The notes beneath the pieces were generated by a model. That model did no database searches. It saw nothing but the letters and a program-made list of their open reading frames with translations, and was not told the origin of the DNA. Position numbers and translations under genes: made by a program. This document shows positions 11,233-19,531 of a DNA stretch of 64,000 nt, piece after piece; the stretch's first letter is position 1, and every line of letters begins with the position of its first letter. Origin of the DNA: Candidatus Omnitrophota bacterium (lineage in GTDB: Bacteria > Omnitrophota > Gorgyraeia > 2-01-FULL-45-10); assembly GCA_041648975.1 (NCBI GenBank), contig JBAZNZ010000005.1, forward strand, positions 10,332 through 74,331. The letters run 5' to 3'.

Positions 11233-11299
11233 AGTTATAAGTTATAAGTTTTTGGTTGTAACTAAATCGCTTACAACTTACGACTTATAACTTACAACT
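11233..11299 (-). repeat. heptamer-repeat hairpin element (HRH-3), mcsB to clpC junction
   Basis: AGTTATAAGTTATAAGTT, loop, then CTTACAACTTACGACTTATAACTTACAAC. Confidence 0.9.
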
Positions 11300-12353
11300 A
11301 TTTCAGTTTTTCCTTAACCAGATCCGCCCGCTTTATATCCCTCTCGCTGGGATTCAGCGTCTTGCCCCACAATTTCTGGAGATGGCCCGGTTGCGTCAAT
11401 ATGAATAGCTCGTTCACCATCCTCCTGTCGAGGTTCTTCACTATCCCCAGATCCACGCCGAGCCGTATAGCTGAGAGAAGCGTAACGGTCTCATTGCTCG
11501 TGATTATATGCGCGTTCTTCAGCGTCCCGTAGGCCCTGGAGATCCTGTCTACAAGGGCTTCTTTGGATCTCGTCAGTATCGATTTCCGCGTCGCGTCTTC
11601 CCTGGATATCAACTGGTTGGTCACCCTTTCGATATTGTCTATCGAGTCGGCTTCGGTTATACCCATGGCAACCTGGTTCGATATCTGGAAAATATTACCC
11701 ATGGCTTCCGTGCCTTCGCCGTACAATCCCCTGATATTCAATCCTAGTTTAGCGATCGCCTGCAGTACCTTGCCTATCTGCCCGGCGAAGACAAGCGCAG
11801 GCAGGTGCAGCATAGTTGAACATCTCAAACCTGTCCCTGTATTCGTGGGGCATGCAGTAAGGTATCCCCATCTTGCGGAATATGAGTAAGAAAGCTTCTT
11901 GCTTAAGTCCGTATCTATCTCGTCTATGATCCGCCAGCATTCGAGCAGGTTCAGGCCCGACTGCATGACCTGTATCCTTAAGTGGTCCTCTTCATTGACC
12001 ATTATGCTGACTATCTCTTTGGGATCGACGATTAGCGCCTTATACTCGACGTCTTTCGCGTGCTCCGGGCTCATCAGGTGCCGTTCCACCAACAGCATCC
12101 TATCGGTCTCGTTCAGGTCCTTCAACCGCAGGAACATGGCGTCTTTAAGAAAATTACATGACCTGGCCGCGTCCCTGACCGAACCGAGGATCTCCTCAAG
12201 CTGTTTCTTGTTCGCCCAGTTCGAGAACGGGACCTTATCGAGGTTCCTCGCCAGCCTTGTGCGGGACGACATAACTATGTTGGAGCTCGGTCCCGACCCC
12301 TTCAACCATTCGCAATTCTGTCCCAGGAAATCGTCCATCTTCACCCCGCCCAT
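11298..12353 (-). CDS. mcsB: protein arginine kinase McsB
   Basis: ATP:guanido phosphotransferase signature CPTNTGTGLR; lies between mcsA and clpC. Confidence 0.9.
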   Translation of the reverse strand: MGGVKMDDFLGQNCEWLKGSGPSSNIVMSSRTRLARNLDKVPFSNWANKKQLEEILGSVRDAARSCNFLKDAMFLRLKDLNETDRMLLVERHLMSPEHAKDVEYKALIVDPKEIVSIMVNEEDHLRIQVMQSGLNLLECWRIIDEIDTDLSKKLSYSYSARWGYLTACPTNTGTGLRCSTMLHLPALVFAGQIGKVLQAIAKLGLNIRGLYGEGTEAMGNIFQISNQVAMGITEADSIDNIERVTNQLISREDATRKSILTRSKEALVDRISRAYGTLKNAHIITSNETVTLLSAIRLGVDLGIVKNLDRRMVNELFILTQPGHLQKLWGKTLNPSERDIKRADLVKEKLK

Positions 12354-12443
12354 TCCTCCCCTCGCAAACCAATCCTGACTGTTAAATCTGTATAGTCGAT
12401 ATAAAAATCTTTGCCATTATTAAGAATATATGAATGGGCGGGG
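12343..12443 (-). repeat. GC-rich hairpin (CCCCGCCC family) spanning the mcsA to mcsB junction; 13-bp perfect stem, 68-nt loop
   Basis: ACCCCGCCCATTC ... GAATGGGCGGGGT. The 5' arm follows AATGA, which overlaps the mcsA stop; the 3' arm contains the mcsB start. Confidence 0.8.
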
Positions 12444-12444
12444 T

Positions 12445-12957
12445 TCATTTTTTCTCGCCGCCGTTCTTGCTCTTCGACTCAAGTTCTTTTATCTCATCAC
12501 GGAGCTTCGCAGCCTCTTCAAATTGCTCCGCCTGGATGGCCTTTTCCATCCTCAATTTAAGCTCCTGCAATGTCCTCGTATCCTTTACGGTCTTGCCGAC
12601 CCTTAACGGCACCTTCCCGACATGCCTGTCGGCGCCGTGTATCCTTTTAAGCAAAGGAGCTAACTGCCCCTTAAAAATCTCGTAACAGTTGCCGCAGCCC
12701 AACCTCCCCGTCTTTTTAAAATCCAAAAAAGTAAACCCGCAGGTAGGGCACTTCATGATATCCGTAGATTCAGGTTCTATATTAGCCCCAAGGTCCGCCA
12801 GTCCCGCCAGGAGATCGCTCAGTCCGAAGTGCTCTTCCATCTCGCTTCCCTTTTCCTTAGCGCACCCCTCGCAAAGATGGAGTTTCGTCACCTTTTCGTT
12901 AACGATCTCTGTCAGGTGCACTGTCGCTTCATTCTTACCGCAAACGTCGCATATCAT
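12445..12957 (-). CDS. mcsA: McsA (zinc-finger plus UVR-domain activator of McsB)
   Basis: CxxC zinc-finger pairs (CDVCGKN...CEGC; CPTCGF...CGNC) and a C-terminal UVR motif (EEAAKLRDEIKELE). Confidence 0.8.
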   Translation of the reverse strand: MICDVCGKNEATVHLTEIVNEKVTKLHLCEGCAKEKGSEMEEHFGLSDLLAGLADLGANIEPESTDIMKCPTCGFTFLDFKKTGRLGCGNCYEIFKGQLAPLLKRIHGADRHVGKVPLRVGKTVKDTRTLQELKLRMEKAIQAEQFEEAAKLRDEIKELESKSKNGGEKK

Positions 12958-12958
12958 T

Positions 12959-13840
12959 TTAGTATTTCACTCCATCGGTCTTCGTCAGTTCCTTAAACCT
13001 TTCGGTAAGCTTGAGCGTAATCTCGCCCGGCTTACCGTCGCCTATCTTCCTCTCGTCTATATTCACGACCGGTATCAGCTCAGCTGCAGTCCCGGTCAGG
13101 AAGACCTCGTCCGCGCCGTAAAGATCGTCCATCTTCAGGAGTTTTTCTGTAAATGGTATATCCATGCCCTTGGCCAGGCTTATCACGGCGTCCCTTGTGA
13201 TGCCCTCCAGCGCTCCGAGGCTGACCGGCGGCGTAATGAGCTCTCCGTTCTTCACCATGAATATATTGTCTCCGGTGCATTCCGCGACATAGCCCTCATA
13301 TGTAAGCATGATCGCCTCTTCAGTACCTGATTTAATAGCGTCGATCTTGGCAAGGATGTTGTTCAGGTAATTCAGGCTCTTTATCCGCCCGTCGAGAGCC
13401 TGTGGAAGATTCCGCCGGGTAGTCGCGGTGACGATCTTCAGCCCTTTCTGGTAAAACTCTTTCGGGTAGAGGGCGATCTTATCGGTGATTATGAATACCG
13501 TCGGGATTTTGCATTTCCTGGGATCCAAACCGAGATCGCCGACCCCTCTGGTGACGACAAGCCTGATATAGGCGTCTTTAAGCGAGTTAGCTTTCAGCGT
13601 GACGATAACAGCCTCTATCATTTCGATCTTGGTAAGGGGGATCTTCAGCTCGATAGCGTCGGCAGACTTATAAAGCCTGTCAATATGTTCTTTCAGCCTG
13701 AAGACGAGGCAATTGTATGAGCGGATACCTTCGAACACACCATCGCCGTATAAAAGGCCATGGTCAAAGACCGAGATCTGCGCTTTAATCTTCTCTACAA
13801 GTTTTCCATTCAGGTATATCTTCACCCCGCCCACTCCCAA
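12959..13840 (-). CDS. ilvE: branched-chain amino acid aminotransferase (class IV)
   Basis: GDGVFEGIR...; class IV aminotransferase fold, 293 aa. The start region overlaps a GC hairpin. Confidence 0.85.
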   Translation of the reverse strand: MGVGGVKIYLNGKLVEKIKAQISVFDHGLLYGDGVFEGIRSYNCLVFRLKEHIDRLYKSADAIELKIPLTKIEMIEAVIVTLKANSLKDAYIRLVVTRGVGDLGLDPRKCKIPTVFIITDKIALYPKEFYQKGLKIVTATTRRNLPQALDGRIKSLNYLNNILAKIDAIKSGTEEAIMLTYEGYVAECTGDNIFMVKNGELITPPVSLGALEGITRDAVISLAKGMDIPFTEKLLKMDDLYGADEVFLTGTAAELIPVVNIDERKIGDGKPGEITLKLTERFKELTKTDGVKY

Positions 13841-13869
13841 ACCCCTAACCCATCATAGGATGGGCGGGG
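13825..13869 (-). repeat. GC-rich hairpin (CCCCGCCC family) in the ilvE leader/start
   Basis: Minus strand reads ATGGACCCCGCCCATCC...GGGTTAGGGGTTTGGGAGTGGGCGGGGTG. 9-bp stem with a G-tract loop. Confidence 0.75.
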
Positions 13870-13900
13870 TCCATTATCTTAGCCTTATAATAATTATATA

Positions 13901-13929
13901 AGTATATTATATAAACAATATAGTGTCAA
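13901..13929 (-). promoter_or_regulatory. consensus sigma70 promoter upstream of ilvE-mcsA-mcsB-clpC
   Basis: Minus strand TTGACA-N17-TATACT about 30 nt upstream of the ATGGACCCCGCCC hairpin. Confidence 0.6.
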
Positions 13930-13937
13930 ATGGAAAC

Positions 13938-14414
13938 CTACATTATGTGGGCGCTGCGGTTGGGTTCGGCGTACTCGATGTGCGGGTTTTGCTTCAATTT
14001 CGTCACTGCCTCTTCTACATTCATGCCTTCGGACAAGGTAACCTCGCAACTTCTATATAGCGACTTTTCTACCTCCGGCAAATCGTTGTAGGCCGCTGCA
14101 AATACCTCTTCATCGGTCATAGCCGCCGCTTCAGGGTGGTCCTTCTTATATCTAGTCACAGCAGGTTTTATCGTATGGATGCGCCTTATTTCCTTCGATT
14201 CTATTCCTGCGGATCGCAATATATCCCGCGGATCGACGCCTTCTTTAAATTTAACCAGGATCTCGCCCGGCGCGTATTGCGGGCCATTCGATTGTTCGAC
14301 GATGGCGGACGAGCCGTCTACCACCACACTGTTAACGAGATCGTTGAAAAATAGGGCAAGCGCCGTAAAACCTACAACAAGTACAACACTCTTAATTACG
14401 GTATTCGCATTCAT
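13938..14414 (-). CDS. hypothetical secreted protein resembling a stand-alone subtilase N-terminal propeptide (I9-like)
   Basis: Signal anchor, then GEILVKFKEGVDP...VEEAVTKLKQNPHIEYAEPN, a pattern typical of S8 pro-domains; no peptidase domain. Confidence 0.4.
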   Translation of the reverse strand: MNANTVIKSVVLVVGFTALALFFNDLVNSVVVDGSSAIVEQSNGPQYAPGEILVKFKEGVDPRDILRSAGIESKEIRRIHTIKPAVTRYKKDHPEAAAMTDEEVFAAAYNDLPEVEKSLYRSCEVTLSEGMNVEEAVTKLKQNPHIEYAEPNRSAHIM

Positions 14415-14417
14415 AGG

Positions 14418-15116
14418 TTAAATAATTTTTCCGTCTCTCATCATGATGCCTTCGTCGGTCCGGCGGGATATTTTCTCGTCGTGGGTCACGATGGCAAGGG
14501 CCATCTTCGACCGCGATTTCAGGTCAAACAGGAGCTCATATATCGACTCACTGGTCTTTGAATCGAGATTGCCGGTCGGTTCGTCGCATAATAGAATTTC
14601 AGGTTCGTTGATAAGGGCTCTCGCAATCGCGACGCGCTGGGATTCACCGCCCGATAATTCGCCGGGCCTGTGGTTCGCCCTACGTTCCAACCCTACCGAT
14701 TTTAAAACTTCGCTCGCCCTCTCTTTGATAGCTGATAGCTGAAAGCTGAATGCCGACAGCTTTATCAGCGCCGGCATCATAACGTTCTCCAACGCAGTGA
14801 ACTCAGGTAAGAGATGGTAGAATTGAAAAACGAATCCCACCCTCTTATTCCTGATTCGGGACCTTTCTCTATCGGAAAGTCTGTAGATATCAATGCCGTC
14901 CATGGTGACTTTCCCTGATGTAGGCCTATCCAGACCTCCAAGTATATGCAGAAGCGTCGACTTCCCCGCGCCGGACGGTCCTATGATAGCTATTGATTTG
15001 CCGTTCTTTACGCTCAGGTCTATCCCGTTCACAGCCCGGACTTCTTTTGAGCCGTTCTTATACGCCTTATGCAGGCCATATCCCATTAATAATATCTTAT
15101 CCATAGTTATCCACAA
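14418..15116 (-). CDS. lolD: lipoprotein-releasing ABC transporter ATP-binding protein LolD
   Basis: GPSGAGKSTLL, LSGGESQRVAIARAL; adjacent to a LolC/E permease gene. Confidence 0.8.
   Translation of the reverse strand: MWITMDKILLMGYGLHKAYKNGSKEVRAVNGIDLSVKNGKSIAIIGPSGAGKSTLLHILGGLDRPTSGKVTMDGIDIYRLSDRERSRIRNKRVGFVFQFYHLLPEFTALENVMMPALIKLSAFSFQLSAIKERASEVLKSVGLERRANHRPGELSGGESQRVAIARALINEPEILLCDEPTGNLDSKTSESIYELLFDLKSRSKMALAIVTHDEKISRRTDEGIMMRDGKII
14727..14769 (-). repeat. AGCTGA-type heptamer-repeat element in-frame inside lolD
   Basis: GATAGCTGATAGCTGAAAGCTGAATGCCGACAGCTTTATCAGC encodes LSAFSFQLSA, an extra segment in the short linker region relative to E. coli LolD (LLIGKKKPAEINSRA). 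Confidence 0.6.
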
Positions 15117-15143
15117 TGTAGCTGACGTTTAAACGTCAGCTAC
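15107..15143 (+). repeat. REP-A singlet with DnaA-box between lolD and lolE
   Basis: TTATCCACAATGTAGCTGACGTTTAAACGTCAGCTAC. Confidence 0.9.
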
Positions 15144-16378
15144 TATTCGTATCTCAACACCTCTATCGGATCGAGCCGCGACGCCTTGAAAGCGGGATAT
15201 ATCGCGGCAATAAGGCTAAGTAAAATACTCGAGCATATTATTACAGATATATCCTGGAGATCCAGCTTAACGGGTAACTTATCAATATAATAAATATCTT
15301 TAGGCAATGTTATGAATTTATATGTCTTAAGACACCAGCAGACGCCGACCCCCAGCAAGGCTCCGGACAACGTACCCAGCAACCCTATGATCCCGCCCTG
15401 GATAGAGAATATGGTCATCATATCCGACCTTGTAGCGCCTATCGATTTCAGTATGCCTATATCTTTCGTCTTTTCCAGAACGGTCATGATGAGGGCGCTG
15501 GCAATATTAAAGCAGGCTACCGTCACAATAAGCGTCAATATTATGAACATCACGGTCTTCTCCAGCTTTATCGCCTCAAGAAAATTCCTGTTAGAGTCCA
15601 TCCACGTCCTTACCACATAAGGAACGCCTAACTTGGCCTGAAGCTCTCTCTTCAAATCTTCCACCGCCAGAGGGTCGTCAGACCTTACCGCTATACCGCT
15701 CGCCATATCCTTGACGCCCAACAGCTCCTGCGCCGCGGTTATGTTCACATAAACTAGATTCATGTCGTATTCGTACATGCCGGAAGTGAATATACCGGTT
15801 ACCTTGAAGGATTTGCCTTTGGCATAGTTCGACGGGTTAAGGAAAAATTTATTTTCAAGGTTCGCGTTCGTTGGCGAGACCAGGGAGACTGTGTCGCCGA
15901 TCTTTACGTTCAGTTTGTTCGCAAGCTCGCTTCCCAGCACCACCGAATCGCCGTTAAGGTCCAGAGATCCGGATTTTATGTACCCGCCTATCTTCTTTAC
16001 CTTCACTTCGTCTTCGCTCACGATGCCTTTGGCCACAACGCCCATGATATTGTCGCCGCTGCGCACGAGGGCCTGGCTGTTCAGGAAATAGGCCGATGCC
16101 TCTACGTGTTTTGCGCTATTTATCGCATCGGTAAGTTCTGCGGAGGGCTTCACGCCGTATTCGGAGAGTATCTCTATGTGGGAATATGTGCCTATTATCT
16201 TCTCTTTCAGGTCTTCATCGAACCCGCTCATGACGGATATAACTATGATGAGCGCGGCTACGCCTATCGCCACCCCAAGTATCGAGATGAGGCTTACCAG
16301 AGAAATGAACTTCTCTTTAGGTTTTGCAGTGAGATATCGCAGAGCTACGAATAACTGCCAGACCATTGTTATTCTCAA
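15143..16378 (-). CDS. lolE: lipoprotein-releasing system permease LolC/LolE (FtsX-like)
   Basis: Four-TM MacB/FtsX topology with a large periplasmic loop; 411 aa. Confidence 0.8.
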   Translation of the reverse strand: MRITMVWQLFVALRYLTAKPKEKFISLVSLISILGVAIGVAALIIVISVMSGFDEDLKEKIIGTYSHIEILSEYGVKPSAELTDAINSAKHVEASAYFLNSQALVRSGDNIMGVVAKGIVSEDEVKVKKIGGYIKSGSLDLNGDSVVLGSELANKLNVKIGDTVSLVSPTNANLENKFFLNPSNYAKGKSFKVTGIFTSGMYEYDMNLVYVNITAAQELLGVKDMASGIAVRSDDPLAVEDLKRELQAKLGVPYVVRTWMDSNRNFLEAIKLEKTVMFIILTLIVTVACFNIASALIMTVLEKTKDIGILKSIGATRSDMMTIFSIQGGIIGLLGTLSGALLGVGVCWCLKTYKFITLPKDIYYIDKLPVKLDLQDISVIICSSILLSLIAAIYPAFKASRLDPIEVLRYE

Positions 16379-16388
16379 ACTCCTTAGC

Positions 16389-16470
16389 CGTAAGCTATAA
16401 GTTGTAAGCTGTAAGCTATTTTTAAAACTTAATTTATTGCTTATAGCTTAAAGCTTATGGCTTAAAGCTA
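16389..16470 (-). repeat. heptamer-repeat hairpin element, TAAGCT variant (HRH-4), lysS to lolE junction
   Basis: CGTAAGCTATAAGTTGTAAGCTGTAAGCT, loop, then GCTTATAGCTTAAAGCTTATGGCTTAAAGCT. Confidence 0.85.
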
Positions 16471-17939
16471 TCGCTCTCGGGTTTTAACTGAGGAAACAAT
16501 ATGACGTCGCGGATCGAAGGCGAATCCGTAAGTATCATGACGAGCCTGTCGATCCCTATGCCGAGCCCGCCGGCAGGCGGCATCCCGTATTCGAGCGCGC
16601 GCACGAAGTCTTCGTCTATAGATCGCGGGGCGTCGGCGTCTTTGCGCCCGGAGTTCTTCGCGGCCTTCAACTCTTCTTCGAACCTCATCTTCTGTTCTAT
16701 CGGGTCGTTAAGCTCCGAATACGCGTTGGCGATCTCCATCCCGCCCATATACAGCTCAAACCTGTCCGTGAGGAGAGGGTTGTCGGCTTTTGTCTTTGCG
16801 AGAGGGCACATCTCTTTGAATATATCTACGACGAATACAGGATGGTTCCCGGCTTTAGGCTCGACGAGCTCCCCGACTATGTTCACGATCTGAGTGCGCG
16901 AGACGTCCTTGCCTTCTATCTCGATCCCCTTCTTCTTCAATTTCTTTATCCACTCTTCCTGCGTGTCCGAAGGAGATATTCCGAACTGCTCTTTCATCAG
17001 GTCGGCGAACGAGACCCTCTCCCATTTCGACAGGTCGATCGTCCGGCCCTGGTATTGGAGCTCGGTCTTTCCGAGCACTTCACGCGCAAGGCTTGTGACC
17101 AGCTCTTCCGTCAACTTCATCATCCCTTCGCAATCTGAATACGCCTGGTAGACCTCGAGCATGGTAAATTCCGGATTGTGCCTTACGGAGATCCCTTCAT
17201 TCCTGAAGTTCCTGTTTATCTCATAGACTCTATCAAATCCGCCGACCAGCAGCCGCTTCAGATATAATTCAGGCGCGATCCTCAAATACAGGTCGATGCC
17301 GAGCGCCTCGTGGTGCGTCTTGAAAGGCTTCCCGGCCGCGCCGCCCGGCATGCTCTGCATCATCGGCGTCTCCACTTCAACAAAACCCTTCTCGTCGAGG
17401 AATCTTCTTATACGGCTCACTATCCTTGAGCGCGCGATGAAGACCTTCTTCACCTCATCGTTCACTATCAGGTCTACATAACGCCGGCGGTATCTCGTCT
17501 CGACGTCCTTTAACCCGTGCCATTTTTCAGGGAGCGGACGGAGGGATTTTGACAATATCGTCAATTCTTTTACGACAATGGTCGGCTCACCTGTCCTCGT
17601 CTTGAACGTATCGCCTTTCACGCCCACAAAATCCCCTATATCTAGATTCTTCAAAAATTCAAATTTCTGCGGCCCGATGATATCGGCCTTTATGTATGCC
17701 TGGATCTTACCGGACGAATCTTTCAGGTCGTAGAACAGGCTCTTCCCGTGTTCGCGGCACGCCATGATGCGGCCGGCCACAGATACTGTCTTCCCTTCGG
17801 AAAAATTGTCCTTAAGGCCTTTTATATCCGTCGAAAAGTCAAAACGTCCGCCGTAGGCATAGATGCCGCCGCTTGTTATGCTTTCGAGCTTCGCCTTCCT
17901 TTTCTTTATAAGCTCGTTCTCTTCCACATGCTCATTCAT
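16455..17939 (-). CDS. lysS: lysyl-tRNA synthetase (class II)
   Basis: OB-fold N-domain plus class II core motifs; 494 aa. Confidence 0.95.
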   Translation of the reverse strand: MNEHVEENELIKKRKAKLESITSGGIYAYGGRFDFSTDIKGLKDNFSEGKTVSVAGRIMACREHGKSLFYDLKDSSGKIQAYIKADIIGPQKFEFLKNLDIGDFVGVKGDTFKTRTGEPTIVVKELTILSKSLRPLPEKWHGLKDVETRYRRRYVDLIVNDEVKKVFIARSRIVSRIRRFLDEKGFVEVETPMMQSMPGGAAGKPFKTHHEALGIDLYLRIAPELYLKRLLVGGFDRVYEINRNFRNEGISVRHNPEFTMLEVYQAYSDCEGMMKLTEELVTSLAREVLGKTELQYQGRTIDLSKWERVSFADLMKEQFGISPSDTQEEWIKKLKKKGIEIEGKDVSRTQIVNIVGELVEPKAGNHPVFVVDIFKEMCPLAKTKADNPLLTDRFELYMGGMEIANAYSELNDPIEQKMRFEEELKAAKNSGRKDADAPRSIDEDFVRALEYGMPPAGGLGIGIDRLVMILTDSPSIRDVILFPQLKPESDSFKP

Positions 17940-17940
17940 T

Positions 17941-19530
17941 TTATTCTCTTCCCTTCTTCGTTTCGATCACCTTCAGAAAAGCCCCGACCACTACAGGGTC
18001 GAATTGCGTGCCTGCGCCTTTCCTGATTATCTTTATGGCCTCTTTTTCGGAAAAGGCTTTTCGGTACGGCCTGTCCGATATCAGCGCCTGATAGACGTCC
18101 GCGACGGCGATGATGCGTCCGCCGACGGATATCTCCTCCCCCTTCAGTCCGTCGGGATAACCCTTACCGTCCCACCTTTCGTGATGGCGAAGGATCAGGG
18201 GGATGACATCGTGCAGGAATTGTATAGGCCTTATGATATCGACCCCTATCTGGGGATGTCTCTTTATCTCCTCATATTCCTTTTTTGTAAGGATGCCTTT
18301 TTTATGCAATATTTTTTCGCTTATCCCGACCTTACCAAGATCGTGCAGTATAGCCGCCCTCTTTATCCGCTCTATTTCGTGTTCAGGCAGGCGAAGCTCC
18401 CTGGCAATATCCGTAGCGTATAATACGGTCTTTTCCACATGTTTGCCCGTGTAGTTGTCTTTCAATTCGATCGTCTTGGCAAACGCGAATATCGCCTCGA
18501 TCAGGCTCTGGTTCGCGCGTTTGGTCAATTTATCTATCTTCTCTTTAAGAAAGCCTACATCCTCTTTAGTCTTACCGTTCTCATCATAAGACGGCGCGCA
18601 GGTCCTGAGGTCCAGGGACGAACATACTTTGTTGCCGCCGAATTCCTTGGACTTGTCCAATACCTCTTGAGCCAGGTTCAGCAGATCCGAAGGCCTGGTG
18701 ACACCGTCTTCCGGATATGACGCTACGGACAGGCTTATCCTGAGTTTCACAGACTGCTTCCTGTTCCCGAAATTCTGCAGGTTAGTGGCCTCGAGGATCC
18801 TATGGGCCAGGTTTATGACTCCGGTCCTGTAAGCTCCGGGTGCGACTATGACAAACTCTTCGCCGCCGTATCTGACGATCACATCATATCTGCGCAGCAC
18901 TTTCCTGAGATGGCCCGCAAATTGTTTCAGCGCCATATCACCGAACTGATGGCCATAGACGTCATTTATTGATTTGAAATAGTCTATGTCGACCATTATT
19001 ATCGACACGGGCTTCGATTCCCTCTTGGCCCTGGCAAACTCCGCCTCCATCGCGTCTTCGAGATAACGATGGTTATAGAGCCCGGTCTCGAAGTCCTTCA
19101 TCACCATCTGTTTCAGCCTGGCATTGGTCTTCGAAAGCTCCTTATTCAGCGCAACCACTTTCCCTTGCGCCTTCTTGAGCCCGGTGATATCGGTTATTAT
19201 AGCCTCTGCCATCTTTTCTCCCGTCACCGGATCTGCAGTAAGAAACGATTCGCTGATGACCCACCTGTCATCCCCTTTTAATGTCTTAAAATGGTATTCG
19301 TATCCGTGAACCTCGCCTTTCTTCAGAAGGATCTTCCTTAGCGCTTGCTCCGACTCCACATACACCATCATTTCCTTCAAAAGTTTGCCTTCCAGATCGG
19401 AAGCCTTGCAATCAAGGCCCAGGATATTCACAAACCCCTGGTTTGCCGAAATTATCCTGCCTTCGTCAAAAGAATAGCTCAATACACCGTCTTTGGTAAG
19501 TTCAAATAATCTCGAGTATTTTCCTGACAT
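17941..19530 (-). CDS. PAS-GGDEF-HD-GYP signalling protein (diguanylate cyclase / c-di-GMP phosphodiesterase)
   Basis: GGEEF motif (RYGGEEFVIV), HD (ILHDLGK) and GYP (HHERWDGKGYPDG). Confidence 0.9.
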   Translation of the reverse strand: MSGKYSRLFELTKDGVLSYSFDEGRIISANQGFVNILGLDCKASDLEGKLLKEMMVYVESEQALRKILLKKGEVHGYEYHFKTLKGDDRWVISESFLTADPVTGEKMAEAIITDITGLKKAQGKVVALNKELSKTNARLKQMVMKDFETGLYNHRYLEDAMEAEFARAKRESKPVSIIMVDIDYFKSINDVYGHQFGDMALKQFAGHLRKVLRRYDVIVRYGGEEFVIVAPGAYRTGVINLAHRILEATNLQNFGNRKQSVKLRISLSVASYPEDGVTRPSDLLNLAQEVLDKSKEFGGNKVCSSLDLRTCAPSYDENGKTKEDVGFLKEKIDKLTKRANQSLIEAIFAFAKTIELKDNYTGKHVEKTVLYATDIARELRLPEHEIERIKRAAILHDLGKVGISEKILHKKGILTKKEYEEIKRHPQIGVDIIRPIQFLHDVIPLILRHHERWDGKGYPDGLKGEEISVGGRIIAVADVYQALISDRPYRKAFSEKEAIKIIRKGAGTQFDPVVVGAFLKVIETKKGRE

Positions 19531-19531
19531 A

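Noticed and set aside
12434-12685. Plus-strand ORFs at 12434-12685 and 13713-13901, both beginning ATGGGCGGGG
   Set aside because: They are the mirror image of the CCCCGCCC hairpin arms and overlap mcsA and ilvE on the opposite strand. Artefacts of the palindromic motif.
2044-16470. Possibility that the heptamer arrays are a CRISPR array or minisatellite VNTR
   Set aside because: Units are 7 nt with no spacers, the arrays are under 40 nt per arm, and they are organised as inverted arms forming hairpins. No cas genes are present in the window.
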